A stretch of DNA of 33,836 nt from Methanobacteriota archaeon (GCA_005878415.1 VBMM01000029.1:1-33836), one strand, 5' to 3'. Shown: positions 1 to 9,397, counted from the stretch's first letter. A program made the numbers and translations. Notes: generated by a model from the sequence alone, not told the origin.

Positions 1-432
1 ATCCGAGACGGCGCACTGCTCGTCGTGCGGAGGACGTACGGCCCCTCGAAGGGCCTCTGGACGATTCCCTCCGGCTACCTCGAGCCAGGCGAGTCGATCG
101 TGCAGGCGGTCGAGAGGGAGGTTCGTGAGGAGACGGCAGTCGCGGCCCGCGCGGAATCGATCGTCGGCGTTCGGAACCGCGTCGCCGGAGAGGCAAACGA
201 CACCTTCCTCGTCTTCGCGATGGCGTACGAATCCGGTGAGCCCCGGCCCGATGGCCGGGAGGTGAGCGAGGCCGCCTTCCGTCCGCTCGATGAGGTATCG
301 CGGTCGGAGGACTCAGCTCCGTTCAGGCGCGCAATCGTCCCGAAGCTCATGCGGGCCCGCGGCATGCGCCTGGATGTCTACGCTCCGTCGCGGGACGGCT
401 CGGGGACGCTCGCGTATCTCCTGTACATCTAG
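1..432 (+). CDS. Nudix hydrolase (5'-truncated by window edge)
   Basis: Frame is open from base 1 (IRDGALLVVRR...). Nudix box GYLEPGESIVQAVEREVREETAV. Stop TAG at 430-432. Confidence 0.9.
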   Translation: MRDGALLVVRRTYGPSKGLWTIPSGYLEPGESIVQAVEREVREETAVAARAESIVGVRNRVAGEANDTFLVFAMAYESGEPRPDGREVSEAAFRPLDEVSRSEDSAPFRRAIVPKLMRARGMRLDVYAPSRDGSGTLAYLLYI

Positions 433-439
433 AGGCCGC

Positions 440-452
440 GAAAGCCTTTAGG
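440..452 (+). promoter_or_regulatory. Putative BRE/TATA element for a (near-)leaderless tsaC-map transcript
   Basis: GAAAGCCTTTAGG lies about 25 nt upstream of the GTG at 473, the typical archaeal spacing. Confidence 0.45.
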
Positions 453-472
453 CGGACCGCCGTTGCGCGGCC

Positions 473-1093
473 GTGGCCATCACGATTGTGGCGCAATCGC
501 TCGGCACGAAGTACGTCCTCGATGCCGCGGCGCTCGACCGCCTCCGGGGGACCTTGAGGACCGGTGGGCTCGTCGTGCATCCGACGGACACGGTGTACGG
601 GCTCGGAGCGGATCCATTCCAGCGGGAGGCCGTGGATCGCGTCTTCGCCGCGAAAGGCCGTCCCCGGGATCAACCGATCTCCATCGCCCTCGCCGAACCC
701 GCTGATGTATTCCGGTATGGTATCAAGTCGGCCATCGCCGAGGCGTTCTGCACGAAGAACCTCCCGGGTCCCTTCACGGTCGTCTTGCGCGCGACGAGGG
801 ACGCGCCGGCGCCCGTCGTCGCGACGGACGGCCGGATCGCGATCCGCGTCCCGGCTCACCCGATCCCGCGTCTCCTCGCGAAGGCGTACGGTCCGATCAC
901 GTCGACGAGCGCGAACCTCCACGGTCGACCTTCTCCCGTGACGTGTGTGGAGGCGCACGAGCAGCTCGGCGATCGCGTCGACGTCTACCTGGACGGAGGC
1001 CCGACGCCGCTCGGCGGCGAGTCGACGGTCGTCGACCTCTCCGGGGATCGGCCAAAGGTCCTTAGGCAAGGGGTCCTTCCGACGGGAGCGTAA
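473..1093 (+). CDS. tsaC: L-threonylcarbamoyladenylate synthase (YrdC/TsaC-type, single domain)
   Basis: Motifs PTDTVYGL, KGRP..PI, LPGPFTVVL, IAIRVP, TSTSANLHG, STVVDL, LRQG; 206 aa. Confidence 0.93.
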   Translation: MAITIVAQSLGTKYVLDAAALDRLRGTLRTGGLVVHPTDTVYGLGADPFQREAVDRVFAAKGRPRDQPISIALAEPADVFRYGIKSAIAEAFCTKNLPGPFTVVLRATRDAPAPVVATDGRIAIRVPAHPIPRLLAKAYGPITSTSANLHGRPSPVTCVEAHEQLGDRVDVYLDGGPTPLGGESTVVDLSGDRPKVLRQGVLPTGA

Positions 1094-1097
1094 TCCC

Positions 1098-1985
1098 ATG
1101 GACGCCTCCGCGCGCGAGTCCCTGCTCCGAGCCGGACGGATCTCGCGTGAGGCGCGCGAGCACGCCGCGGGGCTGGTGAAGGAGGGCGCGCTCCTCCTCG
1201 ACGTCGCGGAGGAGGTCGAGGGGCTCTTCCACAAACGCGGCGTGCGTCCGGCGTTCCCGACCTGCATCTCGATCGACAATGTCGCCGCTCACTATACGCC
1301 GACGCACGACGACCCGCTCCGATTCCGGCGGGGGAGCGTCGTCAAGTTGGACCTCGGCGCCCACGTCGACGGCTGGATTGCGGATACCGCGGTGACGGTC
1401 GAGGTCGGGACGCGGAACTGGACGCCGCTCATCCGGGCGTCGGAGCTCGCCTTGCAGACGGCCATCGAGGCGGTCCACGCGGGCGTCGCGACCCAGTCGA
1501 TCGGAGGAGGCATCCGGCGTGCGATCGAGTCCGCCGGGTACCGGCCCGTCCGGAACCTGACCGGACACACGATTGAGCGGTACGTCCTGCACGCGGGCAA
1601 GAGCGTCCCGAACGTGCCGCACGGCCATGATGTGCTCGAGGCCGGCGAGGTCGTCGCAATCGAGCCGTTCGCCTCGGCGGGCGCGGGTCACGTCGAAGGC
1701 CGAAAGACCGGCAACATCTACCGCGTGCTCCGGCCGAACGCGCTCGGCCACGCGGAGGCGGACGACTTCGTGCAGACCTTGGCGAAGGAGTTCAAGACGC
1801 TCCCCTTCGCCGAGCGTTGGGCGCACCGTCTCGACCCGCGCGCACCGGCACTCCTGAACCAGCTCGTGCGGAGCGGGGCCGTGATGACGTACCCCGCGCT
1901 CCTCGATGCCGATGGCGGGATCGTCTCGCAGACGGAGCACACGTTAATCGTCGGCGTGGACGGGGCGGACGTCACGACCGCGTGA
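1098..1985 (+). CDS. map: Methionine aminopeptidase, type II (archaeal)
   Basis: Motifs AFPTCISIDNVAAHYTP, KLDLGAHVDGWIADTA, NLTGHTI, HAGKSVPN, AIEPF, SQTEHT. ATG at 1098, 4 nt after the tsaC stop; the longer 945 ORF start is spurious overlap. Confidence 0.95.
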   Translation: MDASARESLLRAGRISREAREHAAGLVKEGALLLDVAEEVEGLFHKRGVRPAFPTCISIDNVAAHYTPTHDDPLRFRRGSVVKLDLGAHVDGWIADTAVTVEVGTRNWTPLIRASELALQTAIEAVHAGVATQSIGGGIRRAIESAGYRPVRNLTGHTIERYVLHAGKSVPNVPHGHDVLEAGEVVAIEPFASAGAGHVEGRKTGNIYRVLRPNALGHAEADDFVQTLAKEFKTLPFAERWAHRLDPRAPALLNQLVRSGAVMTYPALLDADGGIVSQTEHTLIVGVDGADVTTA

Positions 1986-1996
1986 GGCTCGGAACG

Positions 1997-2004
1997 TTTA
2001 TTAT
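1997..2004 (+). promoter_or_regulatory. Putative TATA box for the DUF211 gene
   Basis: TTTATTAT in an otherwise GC-rich intergenic spacer, about 42 nt upstream of TTG 2046. Confidence 0.5.
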
Positions 2005-2045
2005 CGAACGCCCCCATCGACGCCGTCCCTCGGAGCGGCCATCGG

Positions 2046-2339
2046 TTGAGCGACATCAAGCGGATCGTCCTGGACGTGCTGAAGCCTCACAAGCCATCCC
2101 TCGTGGACATGTCGCTCCGGCTGAGCGGCCTTAAGGGGGTCGACGGCGTGAGCCTCACCCTCGACGAGGTCGACCAGGAGACCGAGAGCGTGAAGGTGAC
2201 GATCGAGGGGTCATCGATCAACTACCCGAGCGTGGAGGAGGCGTTGCGGGAGCTCGGCGCCGTCATCCACTCCGTCGACCTGGTCTCGTCGGGCAAGCGG
2301 CTCGTGGAGGACGTCCGCACAGGCCAGGACCATGGCTGA
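2046..2339 (+). CDS. DUF211 family protein (conserved archaeal, ferredoxin-like)
   Basis: Signatures IKRIVLDVLKPHKP, VDGV, IEG..I, GAVIHSVDLV; 97 aa. Confidence 0.85.
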   Translation: MSDIKRIVLDVLKPHKPSLVDMSLRLSGLKGVDGVSLTLDEVDQETESVKVTIEGSSINYPSVEEALRELGAVIHSVDLVSSGKRLVEDVRTGQDHG

Positions 2340-2353
2340 TCCGCGGCGCGGTC

Positions 2354-2571
2354 CTATCGGGCGTCCTTGATCCGTTGGGCGACCTTCTGCACGATCGACG
2401 TCTTGAAATAGTCCGTGGCTCGAGCCCGAGCGCCTTGGCGGCGGTCGCAATCTCCTGCACGGTCGGCGATTCCACGGCCCACCGCTTCGCGACCCGTCGG
2501 CCATCGTCCCGCGAACGTCCGAGGTCGAAATACGCCGGATACAGGACGATCGGGCGGTCTCCCTTCGGCAT
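2354..2571 (-). pseudogene. srp19: Signal recognition particle protein SRP19, interrupted by an apparent internal deletion plus frameshift
   Basis: N-half MPKGDRPIVLYPAYFDLGRSRDDGRRVAKRWAVESPTVQEIATAAKALGLEP. After 2417/2416 another frame gives the SRP19-like C-terminus TDYFKTSIVQKVAQRIKDAR*. Total 218 nt, not a multiple of 3. May be an assembly error rather than a true pseudogene. Confidence 0.85.
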
Positions 2572-2682
2572 GGGCGCCGTCGGAATCACGACGCCGCCAT
2601 AAGCCTTTGGTCGGCCGCCTTGCGCCGCCGATATCTTCATTCCCGCGGCCGCTCTGTCCGGCCCGATTTCCGGGGGAGCACG

Positions 2683-4101
2683 ATGGAGGACGACCGCTCG
2701 GAGCTCGTGGATTTCGCGGTGGACTACGCGACCAAGAGAGGGGCCTCGTACGCCGAGGCCCGCTACGAGCGCCACGACCAGGAGTCGTTCATCCTGAAGA
2801 ACGGAGTCCTCGACGCCCTCTACATCGGCGACGATCGGGGGATCGGTGTGCGGGTCCTCGTCGATGGCGCCCTCGGATTCACGGCGACGAACTCGCTGGC
2901 GAAGCCGGACGTACGTGGAATCGTCGACGACGCGGTGAAGATTGCGAAGGCATCCCGAAGGAAATCGAGGATCGTCTTCGCCCACGAGGACGCGATCACG
3001 ATGAATTGGGCCGTCCCGGAGCAGAAAAAGCTCGCGGACGTCCCGGTTGAGGACAAGATCGCGGAGATCCGGTCGGTGGACGCGGACCTGACCGCGCTCG
3101 GATTCAAGATCCCGGCCCGCACCTTCCAGCTCAGCAACAATCGGATTTCGAAGTATTTCGCGAACTCGGAAGGGTCCCGCATCCGGTCGTACAGCCCGCG
3201 GCTGCGGGCGCTCTACTTCCTCACGGTCATGGCCGAGGGAGGCGTCGAGCAGACGCATCGGAACTACGGCTGGTCCGGCGGTTGGGAAGGCGTACGGATG
3301 TGGGACCTCAGCAAGCGCGTGCTCGATGAAGCTCGCTCCATGCAACGGTCGCTGACGGAGGGCAAGAAATCCCCGGAGGGGAAGATGGACCTCGTCGCGG
3401 GACCTCAGGTCGCCGGGATCGCCTCCCACGAGTCGTGCGGCCATCCGACGGAGGCGGACCGCGTCCTCGGACGCGAGGCGAGCCAGGCCGGGAAGTCGTT
3501 CATTCCCCCCGACGGCGCGGGGATGCGGGTCGGATCCGAGGTGGTCAACGTCGTCGACGATCCGACCGTCGAGCACTCGATCGCGTACTACGCCACGGAT
3601 GACGAGGGCGTCAAGGCGAGGCGGCGATATCTGTACAAGGAGGGCCGCGTGGCGGAGTTCCTCCATAATCGGGAAACGGCAGCGGCGCTCGGGACCCGGA
3701 GCAACGGCGCCTCACGGGCGGTCAACTACAACGTCGAGGCGATCGTCCGAATGGCGAACACCTTCGTCGAGCCGAAGGACTACGCCGTCGACGAGATGCT
3801 CGAGGATGTGAAGTTCGGCGTGTACATGAAGAGCTTCATGGAATGGAACATCGACGACAAGCGCTACAATGCGAAATACGCGGGCCGCGAGGCATACCTC
3901 ATCGAGAACGGGGAAGTCAAGCATCCCGTCCGCGGGACCGTCATCGAGCTCACGACCCCCGCGTTCTGGTCGGCCGTCGACGCCGTCGGGAAGGATCTCG
4001 AGTGCGAGGCGGGTTTCTGCGGCAAGTCCGATCCGGGACAGGCGCTCGACGCGAGCATGGGTGGCCCGACGATCCGCCTCCGCAACGTGTATCTGAGGTG
4101 A
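2683..4101 (+). CDS. tldD: TldD family metalloprotease (catalytic subunit)
   Basis: HESCGH metal motif, GIGVRV, DDPT, DDEGV, RMANT and C-terminal CGK..PGQ...SMGGP. GGGGGAG RBS before ATG 2683. Confidence 0.93.
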   Translation: MEDDRSELVDFAVDYATKRGASYAEARYERHDQESFILKNGVLDALYIGDDRGIGVRVLVDGALGFTATNSLAKPDVRGIVDDAVKIAKASRRKSRIVFAHEDAITMNWAVPEQKKLADVPVEDKIAEIRSVDADLTALGFKIPARTFQLSNNRISKYFANSEGSRIRSYSPRLRALYFLTVMAEGGVEQTHRNYGWSGGWEGVRMWDLSKRVLDEARSMQRSLTEGKKSPEGKMDLVAGPQVAGIASHESCGHPTEADRVLGREASQAGKSFIPPDGAGMRVGSEVVNVVDDPTVEHSIAYYATDDEGVKARRRYLYKEGRVAEFLHNRETAAALGTRSNGASRAVNYNVEAIVRMANTFVEPKDYAVDEMLEDVKFGVYMKSFMEWNIDDKRYNAKYAGREAYLIENGEVKHPVRGTVIELTTPAFWSAVDAVGKDLECEAGFCGKSDPGQALDASMGGPTIRLRNVYLR

Positions 4102-4105
4102 TCCG

Positions 4106-5419
4106 ATGGAAGACATCGCCTCCCGAATCGTCGAGAAGGCCATCTCGCTCGGCTGTCAGGATGCGGTCGCCGACGTCGTGGCGAACCGCTCGTACCAGAT
4201 CCGTTTCGCCCGGAACGAGCCAGTGATCAGCAATCGCTGGCGCGAATCCAGCGCGTCCGTCTTCTTCGTGTACCGGAAGCGGGTGCTCGCGAGCGACATC
4301 AAAGACCTCTCGCGGGCGGACGAAGCGGTCGAACGCCTCGTGAAGATTGCCAAAGGCTCTCAGGAGAATCCGGACTACGCCGGCATCGCAAAAGGCCCGT
4401 TCAAGTATGCCCGCACGCGACCGGACCCCAAGGTGGTGGCCCTCGATGAAGGCGGCAAATACGTCGAGGCGGCGATCGGCGGTGCGTTGGACGAAGGCGC
4501 GAAGGAATGCGCCGGATCGTTCTGGAAGTACGAAGACGAACACTTTCTCTCGACCTCGAACGGCGCGGAATCCCACGACCACCGCGCGAGCCTCTACCTG
4601 TCGATCCGGGCCCTCGTCGCCCTCGAGTCGAGCGGCCACGGTGTCGCCGCCGCGACGAAGCTCTCCCGGTTCGATCCAGCGAAGGCGGGCCACAAGGCCG
4701 GTCGCATCGCGGTGCTCGCGCGCGATCCGAAACCGGGCAAGCCCGGGCGCTATCCCGTCATCTTCGACCCGTTGATCTTCGGCTCGCTATCGGACCAAGT
4801 CGGCGGGCGCCTCAGCGCCTGGGCCGTGCTCGCGGGGTTCTCGCCGTTCGGCAAGAAAGTCGGCAAGGCGGTCGCCTCGTCGCAATTCACCCTTTACGAG
4901 GACGGATCCGCCGACTCGATTGGCCGCAAGCGATTCGACGCAGAAGGCGTGCCCACGCGGAGGAACGTGCTCGTGAACAAGGGCGTCCTGAAGACCTACC
5001 TTCACAACACGACGACCGCAAAGAAGTTCAAGGCGAGGACCACGGGCAACGCGGGACTCGTCTCGCCCGAGCCGCACGCGCTCTTCGTGAAGCCCGGCGA
5101 CTGGACGAAGGACGAGATCTTCTCGGAGGTCAAGGATGGACTCTGGCTCACCAACACGTGGTACACTCGCTTCCAATCGTACGTCACGGGCGACTTCTCG
5201 ACGATCCCGAGGGACGGCATCTTCCACATCCGGAAAGGAGAGGTCGTCGAGACCTGGAAGGACGTTCGGTTGACCGACAACCTCCTCCGCATGATGAAGA
5301 ACATCGAGGCGCTGAGCAACAAGCCTGAACAGATGATGTGGTGGGCCGAAGTCAGCATCCCGAACTTCGTGCCCTATGCCCTGATCAAGGACGTCGGCAT
5401 CACGAAGTCCGCGGAATGA
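4106..5419 (+). CDS. tldE: TldE/PmbA family protein (non-catalytic partner)
   Basis: Motifs PGRYPVIFDP, FDAEGVP, GVLKTYLHN, TTGNAG, TWYTRFQ; lacks HExxGH. GAGGTGA RBS overlaps the tldD stop. Confidence 0.9.
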   Translation: MEDIASRIVEKAISLGCQDAVADVVANRSYQIRFARNEPVISNRWRESSASVFFVYRKRVLASDIKDLSRADEAVERLVKIAKGSQENPDYAGIAKGPFKYARTRPDPKVVALDEGGKYVEAAIGGALDEGAKECAGSFWKYEDEHFLSTSNGAESHDHRASLYLSIRALVALESSGHGVAAATKLSRFDPAKAGHKAGRIAVLARDPKPGKPGRYPVIFDPLIFGSLSDQVGGRLSAWAVLAGFSPFGKKVGKAVASSQFTLYEDGSADSIGRKRFDAEGVPTRRNVLVNKGVLKTYLHNTTTAKKFKARTTGNAGLVSPEPHALFVKPGDWTKDEIFSEVKDGLWLTNTWYTRFQSYVTGDFSTIPRDGIFHIRKGEVVETWKDVRLTDNLLRMMKNIEALSNKPEQMMWWAEVSIPNFVPYALIKDVGITKSAE

Positions 5420-5425
5420 GCCCGT

Positions 5426-5818
5426 CTAGCTCGCCGGGCCCTCGATGAGGACCGCGTTGATCACGCCGTCCTGGCCCGGACGCGACGTGACCCGGGCGAG
5501 GCCGATCTCCGTCTGAACCGTCGCGCCGCGCGTGATGATGTTCCGGGTGACGAAGTTCGGATTCGACGGGTTCGCCTTCACGGTGATGATCTTGACCTTC
5601 TTCGTGGCGGCCGTGCGGCGGTCGAGGACGTTCGCGTGCTCCGCCTTCAGGATGCGGACCTTCCGGTTCCCGCCTTTCGTTCGGTAGAGTTTGAGGCGCT
5701 GCGGCCCGATGAACGCGTACTGTTGCTCCCGACCGATTTCTCGCTTGCGCTTCTTCCGCAGCGGTCGATATCGACCGCCGGTCGGCTTCCGTTTCGAACG
5801 TCCTTGCCAGAGGGCCAC
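5426..5818 (-). CDS. rps8e: 30S ribosomal protein S8e
   Basis: MALWQGRSKRKPTGGR..., RTKGGNRKVR, NPSNPNFVTRNIITRGA, ARVTSRPGQDGVINAVLI. Confidence 0.97.
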   Translation of the reverse strand: MALWQGRSKRKPTGGRYRPLRKKRKREIGREQQYAFIGPQRLKLYRTKGGNRKVRILKAEHANVLDRRTAATKKVKIITVKANPSNPNFVTRNIITRGATVQTEIGLARVTSRPGQDGVINAVLIEGPAS

Positions 5819-5873
5819 GATCGACCTCGAGGGATGCGTCCCAAGGACCCGGGTCTATATGACGATTGCGCCG

Positions 5874-6827
5874 CTAGCCGAGGTTGAGATAGCCGTACGC
5901 GAGGACGTTCGCGATGAGGAACCCAAGGACCGCGCCGCCGTTCAGGAGAGGGAGGCCGGCTTGGGGCTTCCCCCTCAGGACGAAGCGCATCAGGAACAGA
6001 AACCCAAGCAGGCTGCCGACGACCGTCGCGATAGAGATCCACACGTTTGAGGCGATCCCGATGAAGTCGCCACCGGAAGGCGACAAAAACGTGAATGCGG
6101 AGACGCTCAGGATCCCCGGGATGATGAGGTCGCCAAGACCAATGAACATCGCCTCTCGTTCCTCCCCGGACGCGACCTGCTCTTTCAGGCTCTTCTGTTC
6201 CCGGAACGAGTAGCCGGCTTTCTTCGGGATCACGAGGAGGATCGGGAGACGCTGGCTCGTGAGTTCGTCCGCGAGCGTGATCATGTGCTTTGTCCGGTAG
6301 ACGGCCCAGGCGTCGTACACCGCGAGGGCGAAGAGGAGCAGGATCGCGGGCACGATGCCGAACGAGATCCCGAGGATCGCGGTCACGCCCGCCGCGGTCA
6401 TGATCCCGACGGCATCGACGACGTACCACTCGGGGAACTTCACGAGCACGTATACGATGAGCCCCGCCAGGACGAACGAGATCAGCGTGGACACGTTGAC
6501 CAACAAATCACCGTCGATCGCGCCGCCGGAGGCATAGTAGAGTCCGAAGTAGAGAGGGAGCAGGAGGATGAACGCGAGGGTGACAAAGATCGAGGCCATG
6601 ATCACGTACTTCGCGAGATTCTGGCGGCGGTAGCGTACGAGGCCGAGGATCACGGCGGTGAAAGCGAGGATCATGACGATGTATACGGCCGTGTTCGTCA
6701 CGTCCGCGGGGTTCGAGAACGCCTGGAAGCCGCCCGCGAAGAATAGGGGCGAGAGGGCGATCGCGAGGATCTGGCTCCCTACGAGAATCGCGGCCATCGC
6801 CGCAATCGGGGCGTACTCCCGGCGCAT
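5874..6827 (-). CDS. Presenilin-family intramembrane aspartyl protease (PSH)
   Basis: Multi-TM protein with catalytic YD (VYDAWAVY), GLGD and PQAGLPLLN (PAL-equivalent) motifs. Confidence 0.93.
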   Translation of the reverse strand: MRREYAPIAAMAAILVGSQILAIALSPLFFAGGFQAFSNPADVTNTAVYIVMILAFTAVILGLVRYRRQNLAKYVIMASIFVTLAFILLLPLYFGLYYASGGAIDGDLLVNVSTLISFVLAGLIVYVLVKFPEWYVVDAVGIMTAAGVTAILGISFGIVPAILLLFALAVYDAWAVYRTKHMITLADELTSQRLPILLVIPKKAGYSFREQKSLKEQVASGEEREAMFIGLGDLIIPGILSVSAFTFLSPSGGDFIGIASNVWISIATVVGSLLGFLFLMRFVLRGKPQAGLPLLNGGAVLGFLIANVLAYGYLNLG

Positions 6828-6834
6828 GGGCCGC

Positions 6835-7455
6835 CTACTCCCGTGTCACGCGTCCGAACGCCACGGTCCCGGCGATCTTCTCGATGAACACCTTCACGAT
6901 CGCGCCCTTCGCGGTCCCGGGCACGTAAATCACGTACCTGTCGAGTTTCGCGATCCCGTCGCCCTTCTTCCCGATGTCTTGGATCATCAGCTCGTAGACT
7001 TTGCCCTCGACGAGGGGCGCTTCCTCGACCTTCGCGGCCTTCTTGACCGCCTTCACGGGCCGCCGGGCGCCGCATGCGTCGCATTCGAGCATCGCGATGC
7101 GGTCCTCTTTCACGAGACGCGTGTCGGGGCGGCCGCACTCTTGGCACAGGACGTACGCGTCGACGTAGGACTTGATTCGCTCTTCGAGCTGTTGCGCCGT
7201 GACCTTGCTCTTGAACACGACCCGCCGCCCTTCCAGCGCTCCCGCGGTCCCGAGCTCCCGTAGAAGGTACGTGAGGACCATGTCCGGGTCCCGCCGGATC
7301 GCGCCGACGATGTCCTCGAAGTTCCGGAGGATCGTCGTCTTCCCCTCGATCACGACGTCGGGGGCCGGGACCTGGAATCGCTCACCGCTGCTGAGCGCGG
7401 CCGGGAGAGCCTTCTTCGCGCGAGTGAGGAGCTGGTCGTAACTGAACGTAGACAC
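6835..7455 (-). CDS. eif2b: Translation initiation factor aIF2 beta subunit with C-terminal TRAM domain
   Basis: YDQLLTRA, ERFQVP, RELGTAG, Zn ribbon CQECGRPDT...CDACGA, TRAM GKKGDGIAK...YVPG. True start is likely GTG 7455 within the 6835..8403 frame. Confidence 0.95.
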   Translation of the reverse strand: MSTFSYDQLLTRAKKALPAALSSGERFQVPAPDVVIEGKTTILRNFEDIVGAIRRDPDMVLTYLLRELGTAGALEGRRVVFKSKVTAQQLEERIKSYVDAYVLCQECGRPDTRLVKEDRIAMLECDACGARRPVKAVKKAAKVEEAPLVEGKVYELMIQDIGKKGDGIAKLDRYVIYVPGTAKGAIVKVFIEKIAGTVAFGRVTRE

Positions 7456-7480
7456 GAAGGACGACGAAGCCCGGGGTCGG

Positions 7481-7488
7481 TTTAAAGG
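7481..7488 (-). promoter_or_regulatory. Putative TATA box for eif2b-psh
   Basis: CCTTTAAA on the minus strand, 26-33 nt upstream of GTG 7455. Confidence 0.55.
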
Positions 7489-7496
7489 TTGCGGGC

Positions 7497-8988
7497 TCAA
7501 GACGCGGCGGCGCGAACGAGGCCCAGGTGAATCGGGGAAGGCCGCAGCGGACGAGATCGCAACTCCGGATGGAATTGAGACGCGACGAAGTAGGGATGGC
7601 CCTTGAGCTCGAGGACCTCCATGCGCCGGCCGGCGTCGGAACGGCCCACATACCGCAATCCGGCATCCTCGAGTTTGGGGATGTACGCAGGGTTGATTTC
7701 GTAACGATGTCGATGCCGTTCGAAGATCTTCGTGGACCCGTAGAGCTTTGCGGTCATCGAGTCCGGCTCGAGGTCGATCTCGTGCGCGCCGAGTCGCATG
7801 GTCGCGCCCATCCCCTTGACGCTCCGCTGCTCCGGCAGTAGGTCGATGACCGGGTGCGGCGTCTTTGGAGAGAACTCGGAGCTGTTCGCGTCCTTGAGGT
7901 GGAGGACCTCCCGAGCGAAGCCGACCGTCGCGAGCTGGAACCCCAGGCAGACGCCCTGGAACGGGATGTCGTTCTCCGCGGCGTACCGGGTAGCGGCGAT
8001 CTTCCCCTCGATCCCGCGATCCCCGAACCCGCCCGGCACGAGGATGCCGTCCGATCCTTCGAGCGCCTTCGTCCCGTGCTTCTCGATGTCGAGTGACTCC
8101 ACCCACCTGAGGTTCACGCGCACGCGGGCGTGGGCGCCCGCATGGTGGAACGCCTCGATGTGGCTGATGTACGAATCTTTCAGGTGGGTGTACTTGCCCA
8201 CGAGCGCGATCGTGACCTCCTTCTCGGGATTCTTCAGCTTCTCGAGGTACTCTTTCCATTCCCGCATGTCCTCGGCCTTCGGCTTCAGCTGGAGCGTCTT
8301 CATGATGTACTCCGTGAGGCCTTGGCCGTCGAAGAGGAGGGGCACGTCGTAAATCGTGGAGGCGTCCGGCGCGCTGATGACGCCCTCGACCGGGACGTCG
8401 CAAAAGAACGCGATCTTCTTCTTGATGTCCGGTTCGAGGGAGTGCTCGCCGCGCGCGACGATGACGCTGGGTTGGATCCCCATGGACCGAAGTTCCCGCA
8501 CGCTCTGCTGGGTCGGCTTCGTCTTCTGCTCCCCGACCGCGCCCATGATGGGCACGAGCGTCGTGTGGACGAAGAAGACGTTCTCCTTCCCAATCTCTTG
8601 GCCTAGCTGGCGAACCGCCTCGAGGAACGGCATCCCCTCGATGTCGCCCACCGTGCCCCCGACCTCGACCAGGACGATGTCCGCGCCCTCCTTCTCCCCC
8701 ACACCCCGGAGCTGCGCCTTGATCTCGTCCGTGATGTGCGGGATGATCTGGACCGTCTTACCGAGGTAGTCGCCGCGTCGCTCCTTCTCGATCACTGCGC
8801 GGTAGACCTTCCCCGTCGTGATGTTGTGGTCCCCCGTCAGGTTGACGTCCAGGAATCGCTCGTAGTTGCCGAGGTCGAGGTCGACCTCGGAGCCGTCGTC
8901 GAGGACGAAGACCTCTCCGTGCTGGTACGGATTCATCGTGCCCGCGTCGACGTTCAGATAGGGATCGATCTTGAATGACATATTTCAC
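7497..8988 (-). pseudogene. pyrG: CTP synthase with an apparent N-terminal internal deletion plus frameshift
   Basis: GTG 8988 starts MKYVI, then the frame shifts into [23 protein letters not shown]. The rest is intact ([35 protein letters not shown]). The conserved TGGVxSxLGKG segment is absent. May be an assembly error. Confidence 0.9.
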
Positions 8989-9037
8989 GTCAATTCACGG
9001 GATTGGTCCATTGGGCGAGTTCCATTAATAGTTTACG

Positions 9038-9397
9038 TCATGAATGGACGAACACGGCCTCGGGATTCACGCTCAGACTCGCGACGAAGGCCGATGCGAT
9101 GCGCCACATGTCCCGGCGGGGGATCATCCCGACGAACGGTTTCGGGTCTGCGCTCAGTTCAGTGAGCCCTTCGACGTACGCCTCGACTTGGACGTTCGCG
9201 CCGCCTTGAGCGTCCCACGCGCCGACCGAGAGCACGCGCTTCCCCGTGACCCAGATGCTGCCTTTGACGAGGGTCACGTGATTGGCGGACAAGGAGTCGA
9301 CCTGCATGCCCACGGACTCGCCGTACGCGTTCGCGGCGTGGAGGATCCCCGCGGGCGCCTGTCCGGCCAAGAAGAATCTCGCGACGCTCCTCCCCAC
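9038..9397 (-). CDS. Hypothetical protein (about 119 aa)
   Basis: Normal globular composition; fills the gap between pyrG and the divergent thioredoxin-like gene. Start uncertain (GTG 9397 or ATG 9424). Confidence 0.6.
   Translation of the reverse strand: MGRSVARFFLAGQAPAGILHAANAYGESVGMQVDSLSANHVTLVKGSIWVTGKRVLSVGAWDAQGGANVQVEAYVEGLTELSADPKPFVGMIPRRDMWRIASAFVASLSVNPEAVFVHS

Noticed and set aside
473..1093. Absence of the Sua5 C-terminal domain as another deletion
   Set aside because: Single-domain TsaC/YrdC proteins of about 200 aa are a normal variant; the ORF ends cleanly after LRQG, just before map.
2572..3666. Long N-terminal part of the 2263..3666 minus ORF as an SRP19 fusion
   Set aside because: It is the antisense shadow of tldD running in frame into srp19, which has its own ATG at 2571.
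7456..8403. 522-aa extended aIF2-beta
   Set aside because: The extension overlaps pyrG in another frame and is low-complexity; a TATA box and GTG at 7455 define the real start.
8960..8990. Programmed ribosomal frameshifting or intron splicing to explain split pyrG, srp19 and the dehydrogenase
   Set aside because: Conserved coding blocks are missing rather than shifted or interrupted by extra sequence; no slippery heptamers or bulge-helix-bulge motifs seen.
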